Below, in pieces: positions 63,667-64,000 of a stretch of 64,000 bases of DNA. The notes under the pieces are model-generated. The model saw only the letters and a list, made by a program, of their open reading frames with translations. It was not told the DNA's origin and did no database searches. How positions within the stretch are numbered: the stretch's first letter is position 1; every line of letters begins with the position of its first letter. Source of the DNA: Octopus bimaculoides. Taxonomy: Eukaryota. Location of the stretch: NCBI RefSeq assembly GCF_001194135.2, contig NC_068983.1, positions 71,922,140 through 71,986,139 of the forward strand. Reading direction: 5' to 3'. The translations under genes and the position numbers were made by a program.

Positions 63667-63995
63667 ATAAAGTGATAGCATGTTGTCAACTTAATGTGAC
63701 AGTACCATAAAAGGGAAGAATGCTACTGTTATTTAGCCCTAGGAAATACCTATCTGCCTATTGACAGCTAGCAAGCCATGCTACTCCAGACTGATGATGA
63801 GCAACGACTCTGAAAGTAGTCTCTGGATGCTGGTTTTGCTGGATGGAGGTGCTTGTCTCCACTTTGAAAACATAAGGAAACAGGAAATGTGTCAAGTCCA
63901 ACAGGAGATGGTGTTTCCTAGGGCTAAATAAAGTAGTATTCTTCCATTTTATGGGACTGTCACATTAAGTTGACAACATGCTATCACTTTATTCG
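63667..63995. mobile_element. Foldback element: ~85-bp inverted repeats flanking a ~160-bp spacer
   Basis: The left arm 63667-63750 matches the reverse complement of 63910-63992, with the first 37 bp identical and five differences in total by manual alignment. Confidence 0.85.
63785..63827 (+). ncRNA. Type I hammerhead ribozyme motif inside the foldback spacer
   Basis: UCCAGA-CUGAUGA-U-GAG(caacga)CUC-U-GAAA-gUAG-UC-UCUGGA. Stem I is a perfect 6 bp; GUC cleavage triplet ends at 63821. Confidence 0.75.
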
Positions 63996-64000
63996 CAAAT

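Noticed and set aside
1-64000. CRISPR arrays, prokaryotic operons or rRNA
   Set aside because: No repeat-spacer array or rRNA-like sequence; all recurrent repeats are eukaryotic SINE, MITE or microsatellite families.

Overview
AT-rich, microsatellite- and SINE-dense animal DNA with four assembly gaps. The repeat repertoire (tRNA-derived SINEs, RTE/CR1/R4 LINE pieces, Penelope remnants) looks like an octopus or other coleoid cephalopod genome; this is an inference, not a database result. The only host coding sequence I can support is the last two coding exons of TULP4 on the minus strand (31319-31510 and 27119-27235, ending ...QAFAVALANVTQRLK*). I found no convincing upstream exon in the remaining 32 kb, so the right half is probably one large intron. 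The rest is mobile-element debris: several SINE families, RTE, CR1, jockey-like and R4/Dong LINE fragments, a non-autonomous Helitron with STPR repeats, a DD41D (rosa) mariner deletion derivative, piggyBac-type MITEs and Penelope-like remnants. The most notable signals are: (1) a ~330-bp foldback element at the right edge whose ~85-bp inverted repeats enclose a hammerhead-ribozyme motif; (2) four more minimal hammerhead motifs, all on the + strand; (3) a C4HC3 PHD finger inside an RTE reverse transcriptase; (4) two hairpins outside recognisable transposons downstream of TULP4; (5) SINE and R4 insertions sitting in (TAA)n arrays. Most repeat boundaries were set by eye and are approximate.
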